Positions 11,859 to 23,800 of a stretch of 64,000 bases of DNA are shown piece after piece. The position numbers were made by a program, and so were the translations under genes. Each line of letters opens with the position of its first letter. Position 1 is the first letter of the stretch. The notes beneath the pieces are model-generated. The model was not told where the DNA came from, searched no databases, and worked only from the letters and a program-made list of their open reading frames with translations. The DNA comes from Botryllus schlosseri (lineage: Eukaryota), in contig CM119373.1 of assembly GCA_051294905.1 (NCBI GenBank), positions 3,784,001 to 3,848,000 of the forward strand, in the 5' to 3' direction.

Positions 11859-14800
11859 TTATAGAATGAGGCTATACCGCTATACTTGCGTAGTTTGACA
11901 GTTCTACGTATGCATGAGCGATAAGCGCCTTCTTGCGTGTACATTGTACAATCAACTCTTGATTCGTTCTTCAATTCAGATTAAATGAGAACTCCATCTG
12001 TATTTAAAACAGTTAGCATGATGCAATGACTTTGAATCATGTCTCGTACTTTGAAAATTCAACTTGACTCGAATAGTGATTTGACTCGTGACTTGACTTG
12101 ACTTGACTCGACTTGACTCGAGTCATCTCCAAAAATCGGGTGACTTGACTTGACTCGAGTCACCTTTGAAAATCGAGTGACTTGACTTGACTCGAGTCAA
12201 AATCTGCAATGACTCGAGACTCGAAGGTAGTGCTGACTTGATCCCAACACTGTTGCGCAATGACAGGTGAGACTGGACCCGTCTGTGCCTCGTCTGTGCC
12301 TCCCTTCTCTATTAGCGCTTTAGTTCAGTGGTTCTTAACCCGGAGGTAAGTACCCAAAGGGGTAATTTGCCAATTTTTAGGGGGTGATTCAATATTGACG
12401 TTTTTTATATAGTTATAAAGGTGCACTGAAGTATTTTCAAACGTAAATATGAATGTAGGCTAACATATATTTTTGCGAAATTGAATATATTAGTAGTAGA
12501 GAAGTGGTGGATATAGCCGCATATCGTCTTTTAACTTAAAGAAACTAAAATCTCTAATAAAATAAAGAAACAAAGGATAACGGACTTACGCATTTTGCAG
12601 AATTGCAGTTCGTGACGGATTGCTGCAAGCGATCTGATTGATATGTGGCTGTTTGATTTCCGTTTGAAATGAGTTTGGTGTAATATTTGTGACGTAATTC
12701 TCGCGGTTGTGGCGTGACTCGTTATTTATGAGTGGATTGATCACTGGTTCTGCCTGTTGATTTCAAAACCCGGCTGACCTATCGTGTCGCGCTTTCTGGA
12801 ATTGAGTAAGGTTGCTATCTGCGTGTCAAAACTCGTTTGCGGTGAATATAATTTTATTATCAAGCAGTAATATCGAAGTTATCGTATTCTTTGCTGTAAT
12901 TTTCCACGTATGATCATCGAATCTTTCTGGATCTCTATGGTGTGTACTCCGACGAAACGGAAAAGTTCTCCCGGTACGGCTGCTATCTGCGTATAATCAA
13001 AACTCGTTTATGTTAAATTAAACTCGTTTGAATTTATTATCAGGCGAATATACTCAAGGTTACTGTATTATTTGCTGTAATTTTCCGCGTATGACGATCG
13101 AATCTTTTTGGATCTCTGTAGTGTGTAACCCGACGAAACGGAAAAGCTCGCCTGGCGTGACTCGCCGTGTCAGCGTGTAATGGCGGGTTGATTGATTGAT
13201 GGGTATATGATGACAATTTATGCTATGTTTCAAGCGTACGGTCAAGGTCACACGAATCGATGTAAAGTCTCGCTTGGTTGGATTCTCGTACTTGGATGGG
13301 GTGGGGGGTGGCTGACTAAGGGGCTACACATCCAAAACTACTTCCGTAACCCAATGTCAGTCAGGCGCAGAGACGAGCGGATATAAAAATTTGGTATTCT
13401 GAAACCATCTTGCTCCGGCTTATATTTTAAAACTCAACTGGCGTATGATTTCTCTTGAATCTCTCAATCAATAATTCCCGGTTCAATCGAGTGTGAATGC
13501 AAGCTGTCTGTGTGGTGCACGCGTTATCAAATCAAACTCGTTTGTGTCATTGAGTCCATGGTAGGCCTATATCACATTGATATCATTGTAAGCAGACAGT
13601 TTTGAGTAACTATGTGGGATTCTATTGAAAACAGCTTTATTACAAAGAAGCCGAGATAAGTCCATCGCTGTTGCTACTTGCTACCCGCCATTTTCAAGTG
13701 GTTTTTGACGACGTCCAAAGCTACTTCCCGCAGCTTACGACAGTAGAGAGCGAGTGTGCCAGGAGCGAGCCTCGTATACGGTACAAACGAGTGTGGATTT
13801 GAATGGGAAAACAAGGCATTGGGGGATCTTTACTGGATTACTTTTGGATTTAAGTTTATTCGGACCCGGATTTGTGGATTTTACATGCTACTCGCGAAAT
13901 AATATCGCGGGCAAGTGATCCCCATGAATCAGCCGTGATCGATCGGGGGTGATGCGATGATGTCAGTCTGGATTCAAAATACTCGTTTGGATTAATCACA
14001 TCAAAGTAATCAGTTTTCTTCTGGCTCGTGACTCTTGCATCGATGTGGTTCCTGTATTGAGAACTATACGATACTCGATTCCATTGTACGCTGACGTATC
14101 GGAAAAGTTCGCCTCGTTTCGTAGGATACTGGTGGAAAGGCTTAATCTCGCTGAATACGAGTTTGGGAATATTTGGCGTTATATTCGAGTGATAAAAAAC
14201 TTATCTCTAGGCAAGTAGACGTACTTGCTGAGTGATTGTAGCCTGCGACCCAAATTCCCATTGTCTCTGTCCACAATCGCTTGTGAAGTGGTGTAATGAA
14301 TCGGTGATCCGAATCCAGCCCGGAATTGCTCCTGCTCCTGGACCCGATCGTAATCACCTCCGCTCAGATGTGATCAACCTGTTGACGGATATACAGTCTT
14401 GTCGTCATCGTTGTATGTTAAGTTGACGGAATAATACTTGATCATAATGAGCAATCTGTAAGATATACATCTCAGTAGTACCGTGTTTTCTGTTTCACGG
14501 TCATACAAATCGGGTGCAGTTCAGATTAGCAAGAAATCGAGCAGTTTCATTTTCCTGGTACTGAGTTGAGACGCAATAACTACTGGTCAGGCGTAATCAT
14601 CTTCCATCTACAAAGGATGTTTCATTTTGGTATGGCTGCATATCAATTGTGTATATAAACTTGTATTTCGGCAGTCGATGAAGAAAATATGTAACCCGTT
14701 TGCTAAATATGTATGTTGTCTATTTTAGGAACACGAGAAGTGAAGTATATCAACAGTTTGATGTCAAAGAAAATATTATCCATGACGAAGCGTGAATAAT

Positions 14801-15479
14801 GATTTTACCCGCTGCGTGTCGAAATAGCGTATAGCGTATAGCGTATAATAGCGTCGATTCCGCAGCTGCAACACCAATGGGTTGCGGGTTCGAGTCCGAC
14901 TGAGTTCGACTGCAGAATTCTTACCCAAGTGTTGGATGTTTATCTAGGCTCCTATTTTTCATATAATCCGTACAAGCGATGCCTTCTAGAAGCTCAGAAG
15001 TGGCCAGTGCTACAAGTCGGTATCTACAGGACACAAATGACGTAAATCGTCCTGGTTGAAATGACCGTATTAGCAGTCTACAAGCACCATGAATATCACA
15101 AACAACGAAACAAACTCTACCCGCCATGATATCGACTCCAGCAGGACATATTTTCGATATATTGAGATATGTAAATTTCATTCTTAATATTTTCAATCTT
15201 GCAAGCGAACCATCTTTTAGGGCGGCAATAATACAAGATTTGTCGTTATCGGCTAACGCTGTCAAGGGCGATTTGGTGTATGGAAATGTGAATATTGATT
15301 ACGACGGTGCGATTTTGGACGGTTCGCCGCGGTAAACGATCCTTGATATCAGGAAACAATCAGGCGCAGTCTGAAAATATAGTCGAACATTCGTACCCTG
15401 CTACAATACCAAGCACAAAGCGTTATTGGAAAAAAAAATGCGATGAAGCGGCGATCGATATGCATCGTACAAAGACGTA

Positions 15480-15790
15480 GTAGTAGTCACGCACAAACAC
15501 ACACACTAACACACATACTAGAATACTAGTCAGATTATAGGACCACGAACTAACATATCGATCCAGTTTTCCGTCCCATACCACCTCATTTTGTCTCTTT
15601 CCTTTCATATTCTCTGCTTTAGTTTTCATTCGGTGTGCATTCCTCTTCTTTACTTTACCTATGCCAAGGTGGGTGTGCGATTTCAAAGACTACTCCAAGC
15701 TCCAATTCGTTTCGACACCTTCCTGTCTTTCATTGTATCGCAGTTTTGTAGTGTTTTGAAACGATGAAAATATTAATAAACTAACACTGA
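15480..15790 (+). mobile_element. CR1/L2-type LINE 3' fragment inside left arm (mirror copy about 23010-23320 on minus strand)
   Basis: CATTCGGTGTGCATTCC...GCCAAGGTGGGTG...AGACTACTCC...TTCGACACCTTCCTGTC...TAATAAAC, as at 51950-52170. Confidence 0.65.
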
Positions 15791-15939
15791 TACACTAAAT
15801 TATCCCAAGAACAGCTGCAATACAGAAACGTTTGAGGTCTATATATTTGCGATTTTTTATTGCGTGTGAAGATTTAAAAACGACTAGTAGAATAGGTAGG
15901 AGAAGACTGGAGGAGCAAGCTCTAGCACATAATAGACAT

Positions 15940-16250
15940 TTCGTCCATCAGTATTGGTGTTTGTAAGGCAGGACTAGAATCTGTGTAAAATGAGGAAAAT
16001 TACTATAATATGAATGCGAGGCATTCAATAGCACCCAAGCAGAGTTCTGAAAAACGGGAGTTGAACTGGATTGGATCCGAAAATGAACAATGCGCAGTGA
16101 GCACAATGACTCGGACTCGAGTCTCAACACCGTGATTCGGAGTTGAATATTCGAATCCTGAGTTGGACTCGGTGGTGAATGGAAAATGATTCGACTTGAC
16201 TCGAGTCCTACCGAATGTTGGGATTAAGTCACCATCCTCGAGTCACGAGT
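15940..16250 (-). mobile_element. Fragment of GACTCGAGTC-family hAT MITE inside left arm (mirror copy about 22550-22860)
   Basis: Similar to the internal sequence of elements at 774-1060, 43467-43800 and 51125-51330. Confidence 0.55.
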
Positions 16251-17962
16251 AGGGCTAGGCACAATGATTCGTGTACCCGAATCTGAAACGAGTAATATAT
16301 ATAACGATTCTAGTCGAGTAGTAAAAGACGATTTTTTTTCGAGTACTGAAAATATACGCTTCTATCGCCACTAAACGGCAATTTATCAACGAAAGTCATA
16401 GGTTCGATACTAGTTTCAAGTGTGGAAGCTGTAAAACTTTGATTGGTCGTATCGCAGCATACGAAACCTACAGACTACAGTACAATGCTACGAAAGTTAC
16501 TGAAAATAACAAATCGCTGGTATGCCAGCTAGTTTTATGGCTCTACAGCATCACCAGATTTTTATGACTCTATATGGCGGGTGTTTTCAACCCGGATCCA
16601 ATCATCTGGATAGTAAGTAGCCTATACACAAGTAAGTAACTCCGTCGGTCGGAAGAAGTAGGCGTATCACGCGATATACTTTTTCGTATCATAGATAATG
16701 ATATCATGCAAATTCTGCACGAGATGAGTCTTGGAAGTGGCACGTAAAACGTTGTTGTCCCCCACCAATATAGCTTCTCTAGATGAGATGTCTGATTCGT
16801 TTTGAAATATCTGCCCCGTTTGTGGAAATCTTCAGCGACTATTATTGTTCTGGGGATCATTTTCGTTGAGTATTAAAATATGGTCTCTCGCAGAGCGTGA
16901 CGGTCAACAAATGTATGTCTCAAATATTCAGCGGAAACCGGGGGGTACATTATTGTTCGAGACTCCTATATATGACTTGGAATAAAGCACCGATGCCTTG
17001 TCATTCAGAGGCTGCTGTATCGAGAGCGTCCATGGCAGTTGATCGAATAATCATGTGAGAAGATGGTCAAATATGATTGTCTACCTATCTATTATGAATA
17101 TTCTATTTCGGAGTGTTTCCTTGTATATCCCCGAGAGTGACGACATAGAGTCGACTATTACTGATCTCGCGATGTGAGAATACAACTCGTGAAAAGAAGC
17201 TTGTGATCTGTGATGGATTACAGAATATTCCGATGTCAACGCTGACGTTCTTGAAAATGGTGTGATTCGTTATAGTTCTGATCTTGTGTGACTACCCCAA
17301 ACAGTAGATTATCGACTATAAAACGTTTGTGTAGCTATAATTCGTATCCAAGTTGTTGAACTAAGACATATGACGGTAGAATCGAATGTCATACATAAAA
17401 ACTTATTCAAATACCTACTAAGAGTGAACATTACAACGTTGAGTCACTTGAAAAGTTGTCGTGGTAGCGGAATATTGTTTGTGAATCGATATGGTTAGTA
17501 ACAGTTGCATTGTTCGCACATTTAATGCTATTTATCGATATCGGATCGGCTTATCAGTGTGAGAACCAAGTGCGTGCCAACTGCCCTTTGTCAATGGAAA
17601 TAAACACCTGTCTCCCGTATTGCTGTCAGAAAACAATCTGTTTTCATGAAATACGTATATTTGCACGCCAAGTCCTGCTAATTTTGTTGCCCGTTCGTTT
17701 TTGTATTAACATTAAGTGTGTAGTATCGCTCCTTTGGCGATGGTAATTTGGCGGAAAAAGTCAGCACCTAAGATTAAAAAAATCAACCAGAGAACGAGCT
17801 GTTTCTCCGCGACCTTTCAATATTCACCTATGGTTTTGAATTCACAGCAAATAACATTATTGTTGACAATATGTGAATTGCTATCGAAGATTCGTAGTAA
17901 TGGTTTTGTCTGTTTTTAGGATGATATATTTCTCGAACAGTTTCCCAAAATGAGAGACTGTT

Positions 17963-19290
17963 ATGGAAAGACACTTCGACCCGGATCCGCCCGTACAGAG
18001 ATGCGTATATATCGCGTCGGGTTCTCACCGCTCCGAATTATATAGACTCGCTACGTTCGCCAGGTTTTCGAGACTGTCGTACGCAAAGCGTGCAGATTTA
18101 GCATCTGACGGATATTATTGGCTAGGGTTCGAAGACAAAATTAAATGTTTCGGATGCAGTATTTCACTCGAAAAATGGGTTGAAAAGGATACGAATGTAA
18201 GTTGTCATGAAGCGAGTTGTGTTCGAGACGTATTCAATATTCCCGTTGAAAGATCGAATTTCAGGAGTCTATTACGGGAGTTTAAGCTCCAAATCGAGAC
18301 ACCGCAAGTCAATAACAGCGACATAAAACTTGCGAATATCATTGACCGAGAACACGCGTGTTTGATTAAGAACCTCGACTTGAAAAGGGAATCGAAGCGA
18401 CGCGAAACCTTCAAGAAATAGCCTAGCTATCCAATACCCCACGCAGTAGGCGAGTTGGTGAAACAAGGGTTTTTCTATCTCGGTAACTTAGACAGAACGC
18501 AGTGCTTTAGCTGCTTCGGTGTTCTTCGCAATTGGAAACCCATAGACGACGTATCGGAAATACACCTTACACATTTTCCAAAATGTACTTTCGCACGTGG
18601 TAGCTTTTCAGGAAATATCGCACTAGCTGAGCAAGACCGCGGTAATTTGGATGACTTACTTCACGAGAAAATACGACGGCTCACTATCAATATGAAAGAA
18701 CCAGATGAGCCATCCGAGGATGAAAAACACTATCTTGCTGAACTATTCCCTTGCCTTAACCCCGCGAATCCTGTAATGTCGTCCTTGTCACGAAGAATAG
18801 CAACCTTCGACGAAGGTTGGGATCCCGCTAAAATCAATGCTAGCGTTGAGCAATTAGCAAATGCGGGGTTTTATTACATCGATTCGGACAAGACGAAATG
18901 TTTTTACTGCAATGGTGGACTTCGGTGGGACCGGACAGACGAGGTTTGGACGGAACATGCTAAATGGTTTCCGCAATGCGAGTACGTACTTCGTATGAAA
19001 GGTATCGAATTCGGGCGACGCATCGAAAACACATATCCAAATCTCAACCGTCCGATTATTAGAAACCCCATCACGAAGTTGGAGTTGACTAAACGACAAA
19101 ATGTTCTGCGGAATCGTCAATCAAACGATGGATCACCGTTGGATTGCATCGAAAATGGGAGAGGCCGTGACGTGTAAACGATGTGAAATAAATATAAATG
19201 AATATGACTATAGCATGTGGACATCTTTGCATTGTTTCTAGACTTGTGGGACTGACGTAGAACGCAGTGGTGGCAGTCATGAAGTACTTC
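17963..19290 (+). pseudogene. IAP: Inhibitor of apoptosis (3 BIR domains plus frameshifted RING remnant), intronless, in-frame TAG at 18419-18421; copy 1
   Basis: ORFs 17963-18421 and 18455-19177 are one frame. BIR1 RLATF...KCFGC...HEASC; BIR2 RRETFKK*P...GFFYLGNLDRTQCFSC...HLTHFPKC; BIR3 RIATF..W...AGFYY...KCFYC...EHAKWFPQC. Downstream, CKRC (19173) and ACGHLC (about 19213) lie in shifted frames. Confidence 0.9.
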
Positions 19291-19503
19291 TATTTTTTTT
19301 TCTCAGAATTGTGGTAGGTTTTACCTAATTACACTACATACTCAAGTGCCTTGTGTTGGACTACTTCTATTTCTATCAGTTGGATTAGACGGGACATTCT
19401 AACTGGTTGTAAAACTGATAGAAATAGAAGTAGTCCAACACAAGGCACTTGAGTATGTAGTGTAATTAGGTAAAACCTACCACAATTCTGAGAAAAAAAA
19501 ATA

Positions 19504-20831
19504 GAAGTACTTCATGACTGCCACCACTGCGTTCTACGTCAGTCCCACAAGTCTAGAAACAATGCAAAGATGTCCACATGCTATAGTCATATTCATTTAT
19601 ATTTATTTCACATCGTTTACACGTCACGGCCTCTCCCATTTTCGATGCAATCCAACGGTGATCCATCGTTTGATTGACGATTCCGCAGAACATTTTGTCG
19701 TTTAGTCAACTCCAACTTCGTGATGGGGTTTCTAATAATCGGACGGTTGAGATTTGGATATGTGTTTTCGATGCGTCGCCCGAATTCGATACCTTTCATA
19801 CGAAGTACGTACTCGCATTGCGGAAACCATTTAGCATGTTCCGTCCAAACCTCGTCTGTCCGGTCCCACCGAAGTCCACCATTGCAGTAAAAACATTTCG
19901 TCTTGTCCGAATCGATGTAATAAAACCCCGCATTTGCTAATTGCTCAACGCTAGCATTGATTTTAGCGGGATCCCAACCTTCGTCGAAGGTTGCTATTCT
20001 TCGTGACAAGGACGACATTACAGGATTCGCGGGGTTAAGGCAAGGGAATAGTTCAGCAAGATAGTGTTTTTCATCCTCGGATGGCTCATCTGGTTCTTTC
20101 ATATTGATAGTGAGCCGTCGTATTTTCTCGTGAAGTAAGTCATCCAAATTACCGCGGTCTTGCTCAGCTAGTGCGATATTTCCTGAAAAGCTACCACGTG
20201 CGAAAGTACATTTTGGAAAATGTGTAAGGTGTATTTCCGATACGTCGTCTATGGGTTTCCAATTGCGAAGAACACCGAAGCAGCTAAAGCACTGCGTTCT
20301 GTCTAAGTTACCGAGATAGAAAAACCCTTGTTTCACCAACTCGCCTACTGCGTGGGGTATTGGATAGCTAGGCTATTTCTTGAAGGTTTCGCGTCGCTTC
20401 GATTCCCTTTTCAAGTCGAGGTTCTTAATCAAACACTCGTGTTCTCGGTCAATGATATTCGCAAGTTTTATGTCGCTGTTATTGACTTGCGGTGTCTCGA
20501 TTTGGAGCTTAAACTCCCGTAATAGACTCCTGAAATTCGATCTTTCAACGGGAATATTGAATACGTCTCGAACACAACTCGCTTCATGACAACTTACATT
20601 CGTATCCTTTTCAACCCATTTTTCGAGTGAAATACTGCATCCGAAACATTTAATTTTGTCTTCGAACCCTAGCCAATAATATCCGTCAGATGCTAAATCT
20701 GCACGCTTTGCGTACGACAGTCTCGAAAACCTGGCGAACGTAGCGAGTCTATATAATTCGGAGCGGTGAGAACCCGACGCGATATATACGCATCTCTGTA
20801 CTGGCGGATCCGGGTCGAAGTGTCTTTCCAT
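19504..20831 (-). pseudogene. IAP: Inhibitor of apoptosis (3 BIR plus RING remnant); mirror copy 2 with the same TAG
   Basis: ORFs 20373-20831 and 19617-20339(-) are identical to copy 1 except one A/E substitution (18357/20437) and one silent change. Confidence 0.9.
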
Positions 20832-23800
20832 AACAGTCTCTCATTTTGGGAAACTGTTTGAGAAATATATCATCCTAAAAACAGACAAAACCATTACTAC
20901 GAATCTTCGATAGCAATTCACATATTGTCAACAATAATGTCATTTGCTGTGAATTCAAAACCATAGGTGAATATTGAAAGGTCGCGGAGAAACAGCTCGT
21001 TCTCTGGTTGATTTTTTTAATCTTAGGTGCTGACTTTTTCCGCCAAATTACCATCGCCAAAGGAGCGATACTACACACTTAATGTTAATACAAAAACGAA
21101 CGGGCAACAAAATTAGCAGGACTTGGCGTGCAAATATACGTATTTCATGAAAACAGATTGTTTTCTGACAGCAATACGGGAGACAGGTGTTTATTTCCAT
21201 TGACAAAGGGCAGTTGGCACGCACTTGGTTCTCACACTGATATTTCATAAGCCGATCCGATATCGATAAATAGCATTAAATGTGCGAACAATGCAACTGT
21301 TACTAACCATATCGATTCACAAACAATATTCCGCTACCACGACAACTTTTCAAGTGACTCAACGTTGTAATGTTCACTCTTAGTAGGTATTTGAATAAGT
21401 TTTTATGTATGACATTCGATTCTACCGTCATATGTCTTAGTTCAACAACTTGGATACGAATTATAGCTACACAAACGTTTTATAGTCGATAATCTACTGT
21501 TTGGGGTAGTCACACAAGATCAGAACTATAACGAATCACACCATTTTCAAGAACGTCAGCGTTGACATCGGAATATTCTGTAATCCATCACAGATCACAA
21601 GCTTCTTTTCACGAGTTGTATTCTCACATCGCGAGATCAGTAATAGTCGACTCTATGTCGTCACTCTCGGGGATATACAAGGAAACACTCCGAAATAGAA
21701 TATTCATAATAGATAGGTAGACAATCATATTTGACCATCTTCTCACATGATTATTCGATCAACTGCCATGGACGCTCTCGATACAGCAGCCTCTGAATGA
21801 CAAGGCATCGGTGCTTTATTCCAAGTCATATATAGGAGTCTCGAACAATAATGTACCCCCCGGTTTCCGCTGAATATTTGAGACATACATTTGTTGACCG
21901 TCACGCTCTGCGAGAGACCATATTTTAATACTCAACGAAAATGATCCCCAGAACAATAATAGTCGCTGAAGATTTCCACAAACGGGGCAGATATTTCAAA
22001 ACGAATCAGACATCTCATCTAGAGAAGCTATATTGGTGGGGGACAACAACGTTTTACGTGCCACTTCCAAGACTCATCTCGTGCAGAATTTGCATGATAT
22101 CATTATCTATGATACGAAAAAGTATATCGCGTGATACGCCTACTTCTTCCGACCGACGGAGTTACTTACTTGTGTATAGGCTACTTACTATCCAGATGAT
22201 TGGATCCGGGTTGAAAACACCCGCCATATAGAGTCATAAAAATCTGGTGATGCTGTAGAGCCATAAAACTAGCTGGCATACCAGCGATTTGTTATTTTCA
22301 GTAACTTTCGTAGCATTGTACTGTAGTCTGTAGGTTTCGTATGCTGCGATACGACCAATCAAAGTTTTACAGCTTCCACACTTGAAACTAGTATCGAACC
22401 TATGACTTTCGTTGATAAATTGCCGTTTAGTGGCGATAGAAGCGTATATTTTCAGTACTCGAAAAAAAATCGTCTTTTACTACTCGACTAGAATCGTTAT
22501 ATATATTACTCGTTTCAGATTCGGGTACACGAATCATTGTGCCTAGCCCTACTCGTGACTCGAGGATGGTGACTTAATCCCAACATTCGGTAGGACTCGA
22601 GTCAAGTCGAATCATTTTCCATTCACCACCGAGTCCAACTCAGGATTCGAATATTCAACTCCGAATCACGGTGTTGAGACTCGAGTCCGAGTCATTGTGC
22701 TCACTGCGCATTGTTCATTTTCGGATCCAATCCAGTTCAACTCCCGTTTTTCAGAACTCTGCTTGGGTGCTATTGAATGCCTCGCATTCATATTATAGTA
22801 ATTTTCCTCATTTTACACAGATTCTAGTCCTGCCTTACAAACACCAATACTGATGGACGAAATGTCTATTATGTGCTAGAGCTTGCTCCTCCAGTCTTCT
22901 CCTACCTATTCTACTAGTCGTTTTTAAATCTTCACACGCAATAAAAAATCGCAAATATATAGACCTCAAACGTTTCTGTATTGCAGCTGTTCTTGGGATA
23001 ATTTAGTGTATCAGTGTTAGTTTATTAATATTTTCATCGTTTCAAAACACTACAAAACTGCGATACAATGAAAGACAGGAAGGTGTCGAAACGAATTGGA
23101 GCTTGGAGTAGTCTTTGAAATCGCACACCCACCTTGGCATAGGTAAAGTAAAGAAGAGGAATGCACACCGAATGAAAACTAAAGCAGAGAATATGAAAGG
23201 AAAGAGACAAAATGAGGTGGTATGGGACGGAAAACTGGATCGATATGTTAGTTCGTGGTCCTATAATCTGACTAGTATTCTAGTATGTGTGTTAGTGTGT
23301 GTGTTTGTGCGTGACTACTACTACGTCTTTGTACGATGCATATCGATCGCCGCTTCATCGCATTTTTTTTCCAATAACGCTTTGTGCTTGGTATTGTAGC
23401 AGGGTACGAATGTTCGACTATATTTTCAGACTGCGCCTGATTGTTTCCTGATATCAAGGATCGTTTACCGCGGCGAACCGTCCAAAATCGCACCGTCGTA
23501 ATCAATATTCACATTTCCATACACCAAATCGCCCTTGACAGCGTTAGCCGATAACGACAAATCTTGTATTATTGCCGCCCTAAAAGATGGTTCGCTTGCA
23601 AGATTGAAAATATTAAGAATGAAATTTACATATCTCAATATATCGAAAATATGTCCTGCTGGAGTCGATATCATGGCGGGTAGAGTTTGTTTCGTTGTTT
23701 GTGATATTCATGGTGCTTGTAGACTGCTAATACGGTCATTTCAACCAGGACGATTTACGTCATTTGTGTCCTGTAGATACCGACTTGTAGCACTGGCCAC

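Larger units (their letters stand above)
10533..12252. mobile_element. Non-autonomous hAT element (CAGTGTTGGGAT family, GACTT/GACTCGAGTC subterminal arrays) with two nested insertions
   Basis: TIR CAGTGTTGGGAT/ATCCCAACACTG; exact 8-bp TSD TTGCGCAA (10525-10532, 12253-12260). Confidence 0.9.

Noticed and set aside
17963..19177. Two separate IAP genes, or a genome-wide TAG reassignment
   Set aside because: The ORFs are one frame split inside BIR2. A single TGG>TAG change explains it, and other lesions (RING frameshifts) are present.
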